From assembly GCA_044341045.1 (NCBI GenBank), contig JBIISK010000003.1:6268-70267 (forward strand): a DNA stretch of 64,000 nucleotides, in the 5' to 3' direction. The stretch's first letter is position 1, and each line of letters opens with the position of its first letter. Origin of the DNA: Sediminibacterium sp. GTDB taxonomy: Bacteria > Bacteroidota > Bacteroidia > Chitinophagales > Chitinophagaceae. Of the stretch, positions 28,327-38,200 are shown in pieces. Both the position numbers and the translations under genes were made by a program. The notes under the pieces are model-generated. The model searched no databases and was not told the origin of the DNA. It saw only the letters and a program-made list of their open reading frames with translations.

Positions 28327-31257
28327 ATGAGAAGACTCTACAGCAAATGTTTATTTGTGGCCATGGCTGCTACTATAACAATTAGTGCTAGCGCCCAAAA
28401 TTCAACTACCGTATCTGGTAGTGTAAAAAATGCTAAATCAAAAGAACTGGTTTCGGCTGTATCTGTAACCGTAAAAGGAAGTTCTGTTGGAACTTTTACA
28501 GATGATAAAGGCACTTTCCGTTTTTCATCCATCAAGAATTACCCAGTTACATTGGTGTTTTCTTCTGTTGGATTTGCAAACAAAGAAGTTGCCGTTAATG
28601 CAGCAAAAACTGGTCTAGAAGTTTCATTAGAACCTTCTTTCACACTCGGTAATGAAGTAGTTGTTTCCGCTTCAAGAGTACCAGAAAGAATTTTAGAATC
28701 TCCAGTTTCTATTGAGCGTGTTAGCTCTGCAGCGATCAGAAATACTGCAGCATCAAATTATTATGATATCCTTACCAACTTAAAAGGTGTGGACGTTGTA
28801 GCTGCTAGTTTAACATTCAAATCGGTGGGAACACGCGGATTTAATAGTAGTGGTAATACACGTTTAAACCAATTGATTGATGGAATGGATAACCAAGCCC
28901 CAGGTCTTAACTTCTCTGTGGGTAGTGTTATTGGTTTAACTGAATTAGACGTAGACAATATGGAATTACTTCCGGGTGCGTCTTCTGCATTATATGGCCC
29001 AGGTGGTATGAATGGTACTGTTTTAATCAACAGTAAAAACCCGTTCAAATACCAAGGTTTAAGTTTTCAAATTAAGCAAGGTATCAACCACGTTGATGCT
29101 GCACAGCGTCCAACATCTGCCTACAATGACTGGGCAATTCGTTGGGCTAAAAAAGTAACTGACAAATTCGCTTACAAAATAACTGCAGAAAACATGACTG
29201 CTCAAGATTGGTTAGCGAATCAATCTAATAACTATTCTAGAGGTACTGGTACTCCAAATGGTGTTACTATTCCAGGATGGAGAGATATTGATCCTAACTA
29301 TGATGGTGTAAACTTTTATGGTGATGAAACTTCTCAAAATTTAAGTTCAATTGCAAATGCTGTTATTGCTGGTTCAGGTGTACCTGCTTCTGCAGTAGGT
29401 TTTTTCAATGCATTTTTAGCAAGAACTCCAACCGCTAATTTAGCTGCATACAACGCTGCTTTAACAGCAGGTGGTTTAGGTGCTTTAGTGAATTCTGGTA
29501 TGTCTCCAATATTTTACGGTGCTGCAAGAGGCATGTTTGGTAACCAAATGGTTAGTAGAACAGGTTATGCAGAAAGAGATGTATTAGATCCAACCACTTC
29601 TAACTTTAAACTTACAGGTAGCTTAAACTACATGTTAACTGATAAAATTGAAGCTTCTTTCTCTACTTATTTTGGAACAGGTAATACCGTTTATACAGGT
29701 TCTGACCGTTACTCTTTAAGAGATTTACGAATGGCTCAATTCAAGTTTGAATTAAAGCATAAGAACTGGTACATACGTGCATATGCTACACACGAAAACT
29801 CTGGTAACTCATTTAACGGTACCATTGCAACCCGAACATTTAACGAAGCTTGGAAGCCAAGTTCTACTTGGTATCCTCAGTACATGGCTGCTTATGTTTC
29901 AGCTATGCAACAAGGTGCTCCACAATTTATGTCGCATAATGCTGCTCGTGCTTTTGCCGATCAAGGAAGACCTACTGGCTTTATTGGTAACCATCCTTTA
30001 TTCCAATCAATTGTTAGAACTCCGATTGGTAAAAAAGTGCCAGGTATGAATGGTTTAGAAGGTGGTCAATTTATGGATAAGTCTAGACTTAATGTAGTTG
30101 ATGCACAATACAACTTAACAGAAGCCTTAGGTCTTGCTAAAACAGGTACCGACTTTTTAGTTGGATTTAATACCAAGCAATACCAATTGAATTCTGAAGG
30201 AACTATTTTTGCAGATACATTAGGTGCTATCAATATCAATGAGTTTGGTGCTTATGGTCAATTGTCTCAAAAATTATTCAAAGACATCGTTAAAGTAACA
30301 ATCTCTGGTCGTTACGATAAAAACACAAACTTTGCTGGTCGCTTTACGCCAAGAGCATCTGCTGTTATCAAATTAAAGCAAGACCACAACTTACGTTTGT
30401 CATATCAAACTGCTTACCGTTTCCCAACAACTCAAAACCAGTGGATCAACTTACTTGTAGGTGGTGGTACTCGTTTAATGGGTGGTTTACCTCAATTACG
30501 TGATTACTACAACTTTAGTGGTAACCCAGGTTTCACTTTAGCTAGTGTGCAAGCATTTGGTGCAAGCGCAATGACAGGTGCTCCAAACCCGGCTTTATTA
30601 AAGGCGCAAAACTTTGGTGAATTTAAACCAGAGTCTAGCACTTCTTTTGAAGTAGGGTATAAGGGTTTATTTGGTAAAGTGTTATTGATTGACGCTTATA
30701 TGTACAGCTCTAGATACCAAAACTTTATTAGTGGTGTAACTGTACTTCAATCTAGAGGTTCTTACAACCCAATGAACTTGTTGTTTGAATCATCAAGAAT
30801 TGGTTACAGCATTTCAACAAATGCGCCTGGTGAAGTTACCGTTAAAGGATGGGGTGCTTCTGCAGACTTCTTATTGCCTAAAAACTTTACCATTGGTGCT
30901 AACATCTATTCTGATGTAATTGGTGATTTGGCTCCTGGTTTTGTATCTTATTTTAACACTTCAAAATACCGTACCAACATTACGTTTGCAAATTCTGGTT
31001 TTGGTACCAACAACAGATATGGCTTTAACCTAGTTTACAGAAATGTAACTGACTTCTTCTACGAAGGTACTTTTGGTACAGGTCAAATGCCAGGTTACAA
31101 AACATTAGATGGACAGGTTAGCTACAAATTCCCAGCCATTAAGTCTGTGGTTAAAGTAGGCGGAACCAACCTTCTTAACAAATACTACCGTACAGGTTGG
31201 GGTAGCCCTGCCATTGGTGGATTGTACTATGTAAGCTTTGCTTATAACGTATTTTAA
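28327..31257 (+). CDS. TonB-dependent receptor with N-terminal carboxypeptidase-regulatory-like domain
   Basis: Signal peptide; TonB box EVVVSASR; plug motifs RGFNSSGNTRLNQLIDG and ELLPGASSALYGPGG; C-terminal YYVSFAYNVF. Confidence 0.95.
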   Translation: MRRLYSKCLFVAMAATITISASAQNSTTVSGSVKNAKSKELVSAVSVTVKGSSVGTFTDDKGTFRFSSIKNYPVTLVFSSVGFANKEVAVNAAKTGLEVSLEPSFTLGNEVVVSASRVPERILESPVSIERVSSAAIRNTAASNYYDILTNLKGVDVVAASLTFKSVGTRGFNSSGNTRLNQLIDGMDNQAPGLNFSVGSVIGLTELDVDNMELLPGASSALYGPGGMNGTVLINSKNPFKYQGLSFQIKQGINHVDAAQRPTSAYNDWAIRWAKKVTDKFAYKITAENMTAQDWLANQSNNYSRGTGTPNGVTIPGWRDIDPNYDGVNFYGDETSQNLSSIANAVIAGSGVPASAVGFFNAFLARTPTANLAAYNAALTAGGLGALVNSGMSPIFYGAARGMFGNQMVSRTGYAERDVLDPTTSNFKLTGSLNYMLTDKIEASFSTYFGTGNTVYTGSDRYSLRDLRMAQFKFELKHKNWYIRAYATHENSGNSFNGTIATRTFNEAWKPSSTWYPQYMAAYVSAMQQGAPQFMSHNAARAFADQGRPTGFIGNHPLFQSIVRTPIGKKVPGMNGLEGGQFMDKSRLNVVDAQYNLTEALGLAKTGTDFLVGFNTKQYQLNSEGTIFADTLGAININEFGAYGQLSQKLFKDIVKVTISGRYDKNTNFAGRFTPRASAVIKLKQDHNLRLSYQTAYRFPTTQNQWINLLVGGGTRLMGGLPQLRDYYNFSGNPGFTLASVQAFGASAMTGAPNPALLKAQNFGEFKPESSTSFEVGYKGLFGKVLLIDAYMYSSRYQNFISGVTVLQSRGSYNPMNLLFESSRIGYSISTNAPGEVTVKGWGASADFLLPKNFTIGANIYSDVIGDLAPGFVSYFNTSKYRTNITFANSGFGTNNRYGFNLVYRNVTDFFYEGTFGTGQMPGYKTLDGQVSYKFPAIKSVVKVGGTNLLNKYYRTGWGSPAIGGLYYVSFAYNVF

Positions 31258-31282
31258 TCTAACCGGTACGTCTTAAAAAATT

Positions 31283-31314
31283 AAAGCCCCTTACCTATGT
31301 AAGGGGCTTTTTTT
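31283..31314 (+). terminator. Intrinsic terminator after the TBDR
   Basis: AAAGCCCCTTAC-CTAT-GTAAGGGGCTTT followed by TTTT. Confidence 0.92.
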
Positions 31315-31329
31315 ATCACTATTTATCTC

Positions 31330-31337
31330 TATTTTTG
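31330..31337 (+). promoter_or_regulatory. -7 promoter element for pdhB
   Basis: TATTTTTG, 25 nt before ATG 31363. Confidence 0.7.
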
Positions 31338-31362
31338 CAACTCAATTAATAACCATATAACT

Positions 31363-32349
31363 ATGCGTTCAATAGCTTTTAGAGAGGCGCTCAGAGAGGC
31401 CATGCAAGAAGAAATGAGAAGAGATGAGCTTGTATTTTTAATGGGTGAAGAAGTAGCACAATACAACGGTGCATATAAAGTAAGCCAAGGGATGCTTGCA
31501 GAGTTTGGTGAAAAAAGAGTGATTGATACACCTATTGCTGAGCTTGGTTTTACGGCGATTGCAGTAGGCGCGGCACAAAATGGGTTAAAGCCAATTGTAG
31601 AATTCATGACTTGGAACTTTGCTGTTTTAGCAATGGATCAAATTTTAAATACAGCATCAAAAATGCTTGCGATGAGTGGTGGACAAATTGGATGTCCCAT
31701 TGTATTTAGAGGACCTAACGGAAGCGCGGGTCAATTAGGTGCACAACACTCTACAGCGTTTGAAAGTTATTATGCCAATATACCAGGTATTAAAGTAGTG
31801 TCTCCATCAAATGGTTACGATGCAAAAGGTCTTATGAAGCAGGCTATTCGTTACGAGAAAGATCCGGTGATGTTTATGGAAAGTGAAGTAATGTATGGCG
31901 ATAAATGTGATATTCCTGATGATGAATATTATATTCCACTAGGTAAAGCGGATGTTAAAAAAACGGGTAGAGACATCACTATTGTTTCTTATAATAAAAT
32001 GATGAAAGTAGCGCTTGGTGCTGCTGAAGAATTAGAAAAAGAAGGCATTAGTGCTGAGGTTGTTGATTTGCGCACGGTTCGTCCACTAGACTGGATGACT
32101 ATTTTAGATAGCGTTAAAAAAACAAACCGTTTATTAATTGTAGAAGAGCAGTGGCCGTTTGCTTCTGTGTCTTCAGAAATCACTTACCGTATACAAAAAG
32201 AAGGATTCGATTATTTAGACGCACCTATTCGCAGAATTACAAGTGCCGATGCGCCAATGCACTATGCGCCTAATTTAACGGCACTCGCTATACCTGATGT
32301 TTCAAGAACAGTGAAGCTTGCTAAAGAAATGATGCACCAAAGAAAATAA
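31363..32349 (+). CDS. pdhB: Pyruvate dehydrogenase E1 beta subunit
   Basis: FREALREAM, GEEVAQYNGAYKVSQG, DTPIAELGF, EFMTWNFA, FRGPNG, GAQHS, DLRTVRPLD. Confidence 0.96.
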   Translation: MRSIAFREALREAMQEEMRRDELVFLMGEEVAQYNGAYKVSQGMLAEFGEKRVIDTPIAELGFTAIAVGAAQNGLKPIVEFMTWNFAVLAMDQILNTASKMLAMSGGQIGCPIVFRGPNGSAGQLGAQHSTAFESYYANIPGIKVVSPSNGYDAKGLMKQAIRYEKDPVMFMESEVMYGDKCDIPDDEYYIPLGKADVKKTGRDITIVSYNKMMKVALGAAEELEKEGISAEVVDLRTVRPLDWMTILDSVKKTNRLLIVEEQWPFASVSSEITYRIQKEGFDYLDAPIRRITSADAPMHYAPNLTALAIPDVSRTVKLAKEMMHQRK

Positions 32350-32354
32350 TTACA

Positions 32355-34430
32355 ATGTGCCCAGGCTACTATAGTATAAGGCAGATTTTGTTTTTTATTG
32401 GCTGTATTTTTGTTCATGTTTCCCTTGCACAAACGCGTATTGATACAACGATGTCAGGTACACTTGACAGTGTGGTTGTTACTGCTTTTCGCATACAAGT
32501 AAAGGGGCAAACGATACCTGCATCAATTGCACAAATTTCTCGTAAAACACTTGCGCAAGAAGTAAATGGAACATTACTGCCTGCCGTTAATTTGGTAGCA
32601 GGCGTTCGCATGGAACAGCGCTCGGAAGGAAGCTACAGGCTTGCCATTCGGGGTAGTTCATTAAGGTCTCCATTTGGTATACGCAATGTAAAAGTCTATT
32701 GGAACGATGTACCATTTACCGATCCTACAGGCAATACCTACCTCAATATTATTCCTTTTGCGTTAATGCATGGAATCGATATCATTAAAGGTCCTGTTGG
32801 AGCTGCTTATGGCTTAGGAACAGGCGGTGCGGTTATACTGCAATCAAATTTTGATACAGACTCGTTGATGCATTCGAATGCAACACTTCAATTACGCGCT
32901 GGAAGTTTTGGATATTTCGGTCAAGATCTTCGTGTTACACTTCAACAAAAAAATGTTCAGCAAACCTTTTTTGTTTCCAATGAAAAAATAGATGGATGGC
33001 GCGATCAATCTGGATCTTCTAAAAAAAATATCACCTGGCTTGGCACACTTACAAAAAATAAACACAAAATAAAAGCCATGCTTTTATTTACGGATCTGAT
33101 GTATCAAACACCGGGTGGCCTCACGCTCGCTCAAATGCAGCAAAACCCACGATCAGCAAGACAAGCCACTGCAACATTACCTAGTGCTGTTGCGCAACAA
33201 ACAGCGGTGTTCAACAAAACCTTGCTAGGCAGCATTCACCACAATTACCAACTCACAAAAAATATAGATTGGCAAAATTTTATGGTAGGCGCTAACACTA
33301 ATTTTAAAAATCCATTTATAACCAATTACGAGACAAGGCATGAAAAAAATGCAAGCTTTGGAAGTCATCTGATAATGCGCTTTCAAAAACCAGTGGGCGA
33401 TATAAAAATTATTGCAGGCGGGGAGTGGCAAGTGCAGGAGGCAGCCATCAATAACTACGGTAATAAAAGAGGGATACGTGACACATTACAGTTTGCCGAT
33501 CAAATAACTACAAAGCAAGGTTTCCTTTTTGCAAATGCATCGATTCGTTTGCAAAAAAAATGGCAGATAGAGCTTGGAATAAGTGATGCTTACATGGGGT
33601 ACCGGTATTCTCGAAGTACTATTTTAACTGAATCAGCACAATCAAAATCTAACCTTGGTTTATTGGCACCACGTATGGGCGTCTCTTATGAAGCAGCAAA
33701 AAATACAAGCCTTTACTTTCAAATTTCTAAAGGCTTTTCGCCACCAACACTTGCAGAAATTAGACCTTCCGATGGACTATTTTATAAAAACCTTTTACCA
33801 GAGTATGGTTGGAATTTTGAAATGGGTGTAAAAGGAACAGCTATTCATAAAAAACTCAGGTATGAATTATCAGCCTATCATTTTGGTGTAAAAGATGCGA
33901 TTGTTAGACAAAATAATAATGCGGGTGTTGAGTATTTTGTAAATGCAGGATCTACTAGGCAGGCCGGTGCCGAATTTCAATTAGACTATGTGGCCCGTTT
34001 TAGTAAAACGCATCAAATACAAATTCAGGCTGGATATGCCTATCAGCCATACCGGTTTGTACAATACAAACAAGCAGGGATTGTATTTAATGGAAATGCG
34101 CTCACAGGAAATGCAAAGCATGGGGTAGCTTCTTCTATCACTTACGACTACAAAAAAACGGCATCTATTTTTGTTAGGCTACAATCACTTTCTAGGGTCC
34201 CACTTACTGATGCCAATGATGTCTATGCAGGAAGTTATCAACTGATTCAATCTGGTATTTCCATAAATCATCTCCGGGTACGTTATTTTATAAGCGTAGA
34301 TAATTTACTAAACAAATCCTATAGCCTGGGGAACGATATTAATGCGGCTGGAAGGCGCTATTACAACCCCTCTTCGCCCCGGGGATACATGGCCGGGATA
34401 AGTATTCAAATGGCTAAATACCGCCGTTAA
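32355..34430 (+). CDS. TonB-dependent receptor (no N-terminal extension)
   Basis: Signal SLA-Q; TonB box LDSVVVTA; IRGSSLRSPFGIRNVKVY; IIKGP..AAYG; GFSPPTLAE; DNLLNKSYSLG. Confidence 0.9.
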   Translation: MCPGYYSIRQILFFIGCIFVHVSLAQTRIDTTMSGTLDSVVVTAFRIQVKGQTIPASIAQISRKTLAQEVNGTLLPAVNLVAGVRMEQRSEGSYRLAIRGSSLRSPFGIRNVKVYWNDVPFTDPTGNTYLNIIPFALMHGIDIIKGPVGAAYGLGTGGAVILQSNFDTDSLMHSNATLQLRAGSFGYFGQDLRVTLQQKNVQQTFFVSNEKIDGWRDQSGSSKKNITWLGTLTKNKHKIKAMLLFTDLMYQTPGGLTLAQMQQNPRSARQATATLPSAVAQQTAVFNKTLLGSIHHNYQLTKNIDWQNFMVGANTNFKNPFITNYETRHEKNASFGSHLIMRFQKPVGDIKIIAGGEWQVQEAAINNYGNKRGIRDTLQFADQITTKQGFLFANASIRLQKKWQIELGISDAYMGYRYSRSTILTESAQSKSNLGLLAPRMGVSYEAAKNTSLYFQISKGFSPPTLAEIRPSDGLFYKNLLPEYGWNFEMGVKGTAIHKKLRYELSAYHFGVKDAIVRQNNNAGVEYFVNAGSTRQAGAEFQLDYVARFSKTHQIQIQAGYAYQPYRFVQYKQAGIVFNGNALTGNAKHGVASSITYDYKKTASIFVRLQSLSRVPLTDANDVYAGSYQLIQSGISINHLRVRYFISVDNLLNKSYSLGNDINAAGRRYYNPSSPRGYMAGISIQMAKYRR

Positions 34431-34460
34431 ACAGGCTATTATTGCCTTTTCTAGCCTGTT
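34430..34460 (+). terminator. Possible weak terminator hairpin after second TBDR
   Basis: AACAGGCTA-N13-TAGCCTGTT; no clear U tract. Confidence 0.35.
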
Positions 34461-34526
34461 GCTACCAAATATCATGATTTATATAAACTTTTAACACTAA
34501 AATGGCCAATGTGGGTGCTAAAAGGA

Positions 34527-34534
34527 TATTTTTG
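34527..34534 (+). promoter_or_regulatory. -7 promoter element for lepB-cdd
   Basis: TATTTTTG, 22 nt before ATG 34557. Confidence 0.65.
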
Positions 34535-34556
34535 TTAACGTTAAAAGCAAATAACT

Positions 34557-36062
34557 ATGACTGGACTTTTACTATTTATTGTGGGTGTACTTGGTTGGCA
34601 CATTGGGGTGTACGGGTTATTTAATAAATCAAAAATTGAGGGATGGAAAGCCTTTGTGCCTTTTTACAATACCTACCAAATGGTGGAGCTAACAGGTATA
34701 AAAAAATATTGGTTTTGGTTGCAGTTGATTCCTATTGTAGGGCAGTTCATAACTATTTGGATTACGATTATTTACGTCATGCATTTTAAAAAAGTAAGTT
34801 TACTCGATCATACCTTACTGGTTTTTCTTCCATTTATTTACCTCCCTTTTATTGGATTTTCTGCTAGCACAAAATGGTATGGTGATGAAGCTTTAGCGCA
34901 TTATCATAAGTCAGGTACACGTGAATGGATTGATGCGGGTGTGTTTGCTATTGTTGCCGCAACAATTATAAGAACATTTGTTTTTGAAGCATACGTGATT
35001 CCATCTGAAAGTATGGAAAAAACATTACTCGTAAATGACTTTTTGTTTGTTAATAAAATGAGTTATGGTGCGCGCATGCCGCAAACACCTGTGTCATTTC
35101 CTTTTGTACACAATACCATGCCTTTTTCTACGACAGCGCCATCCTATACAACTTGGGTTCAAGTGCCGTATACGCGACTACCGGCATTTGCCGATGTTAA
35201 TAGAAATGACGTGGTTGTATTTAATTTTCCAACGGGTGATACCATCATTAATTTACCGGAATATGGAAGTAAAAGACCTTATTACGATGAATTACGTTAT
35301 TCGTTTAAAGGAAACCGTGAAATGCTGCAATCGGAGTTTCCAATACATGTGCATCCCATGGATAAAACCGACAATTATATCAAACGTTGTGTAGGTGTTG
35401 GGGGAGATGTATTGCAAATTAAAAATGGGGTGTTGTATGTTAATAGTGCGCCCGCGTATGTTCCTCCTGCATCTCAAACAGAGTATATTGTTGTAACCAA
35501 CAAGACGCCATTTGATCCAGACTATTTAAAAGAAACGTTTAACATTGACGTACAAGATACAAAAGGGCAATTAGATGCTTTGTCAGATAGCGCTTTCAAA
35601 TTTAATGTAACACCTGCAGAAGCAGCTACTTTAAAAACATTGCCCAATGTAAAATCTGTTACACAGTATGTCGAAAACTATGTAGGTATTACGTTTCCTA
35701 ATGATGAAGTAAACTACCCATGGACGATTGATAATTTTGGTCCTATCGAAATTCCTAAAAAAGGAAAGTCAATTGTTTTATCGGCTACAAATATTGCACT
35801 CTATCAAAGGCTCATTGAAAACTACGAGCACAATACTTTTGAAATCCGTAATGGTCAGTTTATCATTAATGGACAACCTGCCACTACCTACACACCACAG
35901 TATAATTATTACTGGATGATGGGTGATAATCGTCATCGTAGCCAAGACAGTAGGTTTTGGGGCTTTGTGCCTGAAACGCATATTGTAGGTAAGGCTTCAC
36001 TGATTTGGTTGAGTTGGGAAAATGGACCTAGGTGGAAGCGTTTATTTAATTTTATTCATTAG
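34557..36062 (+). CDS. lepB: Signal peptidase I (S26) with N-terminal multi-TM (DUF5684-like) extension
   Basis: [10 protein letters not shown]; [12 protein letters not shown] (catalytic Ser); NYIKRC (Lys); [18 protein letters not shown]. Confidence 0.95.
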   Translation: MTGLLLFIVGVLGWHIGVYGLFNKSKIEGWKAFVPFYNTYQMVELTGIKKYWFWLQLIPIVGQFITIWITIIYVMHFKKVSLLDHTLLVFLPFIYLPFIGFSASTKWYGDEALAHYHKSGTREWIDAGVFAIVAATIIRTFVFEAYVIPSESMEKTLLVNDFLFVNKMSYGARMPQTPVSFPFVHNTMPFSTTAPSYTTWVQVPYTRLPAFADVNRNDVVVFNFPTGDTIINLPEYGSKRPYYDELRYSFKGNREMLQSEFPIHVHPMDKTDNYIKRCVGVGGDVLQIKNGVLYVNSAPAYVPPASQTEYIVVTNKTPFDPDYLKETFNIDVQDTKGQLDALSDSAFKFNVTPAEAATLKTLPNVKSVTQYVENYVGITFPNDEVNYPWTIDNFGPIEIPKKGKSIVLSATNIALYQRLIENYEHNTFEIRNGQFIINGQPATTYTPQYNYYWMMGDNRHRSQDSRFWGFVPETHIVGKASLIWLSWENGPRWKRLFNFIH

Positions 36063-36075
36063 TAAAATAAACACC

Positions 36076-36561
36076 ATGCAAAAACAAACCGTTCAATTTT
36101 CGTATCAAGTTTTTGCATCAGTTGATGCACTTCCAATAAATGATCAAACCTTATTTGCGCAGGCACAAGAAGCGTTAGCGCTTGCCCACGCACCCTATTC
36201 AAAATTTAAAGTAGGCGCTGCTGCTATTTTACAAAATGGACAAATTATAAAAGGAAGCAATCAAGAAAATGCGAGCTACCCAATTGGTATTTGTGCAGAG
36301 CGCGTTTTATTGAGCACTGCTTCTACCATGCAATCTAAAGTGCCCATTGTTACCATGGCAATTACCTATCACAATGAGCGTGGTGGCAACAATATTCCTA
36401 TTGCACCTTGTGGTATGTGTAGACAAGCGATTGCAGAATATGAATCAATCGTAAATCAGTCTATCCGTCTTATTTTAGGTGGCGCAACTGGCGAACTATA
36501 TGTCATTGAAAAAGCAGCAGATCTACTTCCGTTTGGATTTTCAGGTGTTCACTTACATTAG
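36076..36561 (+). CDS. cdd: Cytidine deaminase (tetrameric type); start refined to 36076
   Basis: AHAPYSKFKVGAA, GSNQENASYP, CAERV, PCGMCRQ. Confidence 0.94.
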   Translation: MQKQTVQFSYQVFASVDALPINDQTLFAQAQEALALAHAPYSKFKVGAAAILQNGQIIKGSNQENASYPIGICAERVLLSTASTMQSKVPIVTMAITYHNERGGNNIPIAPCGMCRQAIAEYESIVNQSIRLILGGATGELYVIEKAADLLPFGFSGVHLH

Positions 36562-36573
36562 TGGTCCTAAAAA

Positions 36574-37089
36574 TTAAAACAAGGTTTGCACCCCATGTTT
36601 TATTCTAAATTCATGTTGTAGCAACCATTTCTTTACCGGCATACCACCTGCATAGCCCACCAGTGAACGGTCGGCACCAATAACCCGGTGGCAGGGTACT
36701 AGAATCATTAATTTATTTTTCCCATTGGCTGCAGCGGCTGCTCTGATGACTTTTGGATCACCTAATTTTTTTGCTAGATCGGTGTAGCTGTAAGTAGCAC
36801 CATAGGTTATCTCTGACAGTTTAGCCCATACTTTTTCTTGAAACTCGGTGCCAGACTGATGATAGGGAATATCAAAAACTTGCCTCGTTCCAGAAAAATA
36901 TTCGATGAGTTGTTCGGTGCATTTATGTAGGATGGGAGAGGGTTCAGTAATATTGTATTCAGGTTCTGTTTCAACCGGTGCAAAACTTATTTCTGTAATG
37001 TAACGGTCGGTACCGCCAATTTTTAAAACACCTACAGGACTATCATAATAAGCATGTGTAATGAGGTCTATGTCGGTTTCCGGTAGCAT
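36574..37089 (-). CDS. ogt: Methylated-DNA--protein-cysteine methyltransferase; start likely 37089
   Basis: GTEFQEKVW, YGATYSY, RAAAAANGKN, active-site PCHRVIG, GYAGG..KKWLL.HE. Confidence 0.94.
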   Translation of the reverse strand: MLPETDIDLITHAYYDSPVGVLKIGGTDRYITEISFAPVETEPEYNITEPSPILHKCTEQLIEYFSGTRQVFDIPYHQSGTEFQEKVWAKLSEITYGATYSYTDLAKKLGDPKVIRAAAAANGKNKLMILVPCHRVIGADRSLVGYAGGMPVKKWLLQHEFRIKHGVQTLF

Positions 37090-37093
37090 AAAA

Positions 37094-37972
37094 TTAGCTT
37101 TTTGATGCCAGTAGTTCAATTAACTGTGCTATCTCAGCTTGCTTGAAGGCTTTTGAGTTTCTGTTGTAGCATTTGGTCAATTCACTTAGTAAAATGGCAA
37201 GTGTATTTGGCGCTTCTTGTGCTTTAAAATGAAATGGTTTAGGCGTTGTATTGATGCGTTCAAAATAGCTATCTATATCGGCGTGCGAAAATGCATTACC
37301 ATTGGTAGCATCTATGTAAAAATGAATTTTATCTTGCGGGTTGCCTATAAAATGGGCTTCTTCATAATCTGAGTGATAAAAAGCAAGGATGCACTGCTTC
37401 GGAATATTAATAAGTTTGGCATGGATATCTAATTGCTCGCACAAGGTTTGGTATATAATACCATTACTCATAGCATTGCCCGTTTTTGTTTCAAGTACCT
37501 TATGTACAAAAAAGTCGTCGGGGCTTTTATAGTCTACTTCGTTGCCAAATAGTTTGTAGTATTTGTAAAGTATACTTGTTAATACATTTGCCTGCTCGAG
37601 TGGTGTTAAAAAACTATTAAGCTCGAGCCAAATATTACGCCTCATTTTTTCTAAATCTTGAAGCGCAACTGTAGAATTCATATCCGGGTATTCTATTTTA
37701 CCCAGTAATAGTGCGCCAGATAATAAGTCGTGGGGCGTTGTATTTTTCCAGCGTGTAAAATCTTGCAGTAAATCTGTAAAATGAAGCCTCTGAATAATGC
37801 CTTCAATTCTTTGTTGTACGTCTTCAGATAAAGTGGTTTCCCATAAGTGTTCTAGGTTGGGAATAATACCTTTACCATAGGCAACAATTTTTTCGGAAAT
37901 ACTAGAATATATTTCTTCGTCAGGATCGTCTATAAGTGTAAAAAGGGCTTTGATCTCTTTTGTTTGCTCCAT
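37094..37972 (-). CDS. Transglutaminase-like (SirB1 / Transglut_core2) family protein; start refined to 37972
   Basis: EIKALFTLIDDPDEE, WLELNSFLTPLEQ, FGNEVDY..PDDFF, KTGN..S.GIIY, FYIDATNG. Confidence 0.8.
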   Translation of the reverse strand: MEQTKEIKALFTLIDDPDEEIYSSISEKIVAYGKGIIPNLEHLWETTLSEDVQQRIEGIIQRLHFTDLLQDFTRWKNTTPHDLLSGALLLGKIEYPDMNSTVALQDLEKMRRNIWLELNSFLTPLEQANVLTSILYKYYKLFGNEVDYKSPDDFFVHKVLETKTGNAMSNGIIYQTLCEQLDIHAKLINIPKQCILAFYHSDYEEAHFIGNPQDKIHFYIDATNGNAFSHADIDSYFERINTTPKPFHFKAQEAPNTLAILLSELTKCYNRNSKAFKQAEIAQLIELLASKS

Positions 37973-38200
37973 GTTACTGCTAAATCTTCCCCAAACTAAA
38001 TATAAATTAGACAAATAACCACGATTTAGTTATTCAGTACTGTGGGAAAGAACGCGTATAACCCACATACTATTTTGTTTTGTTTAACGTTCACTGGCAT
38101 AAACGATTTAGTTCTATGTTAAATTAGCTGAAATTATACACATCATTACATATAAGACCTAATTATGTGTTAACTTGTGTAATCACATTAAATAAGCACT

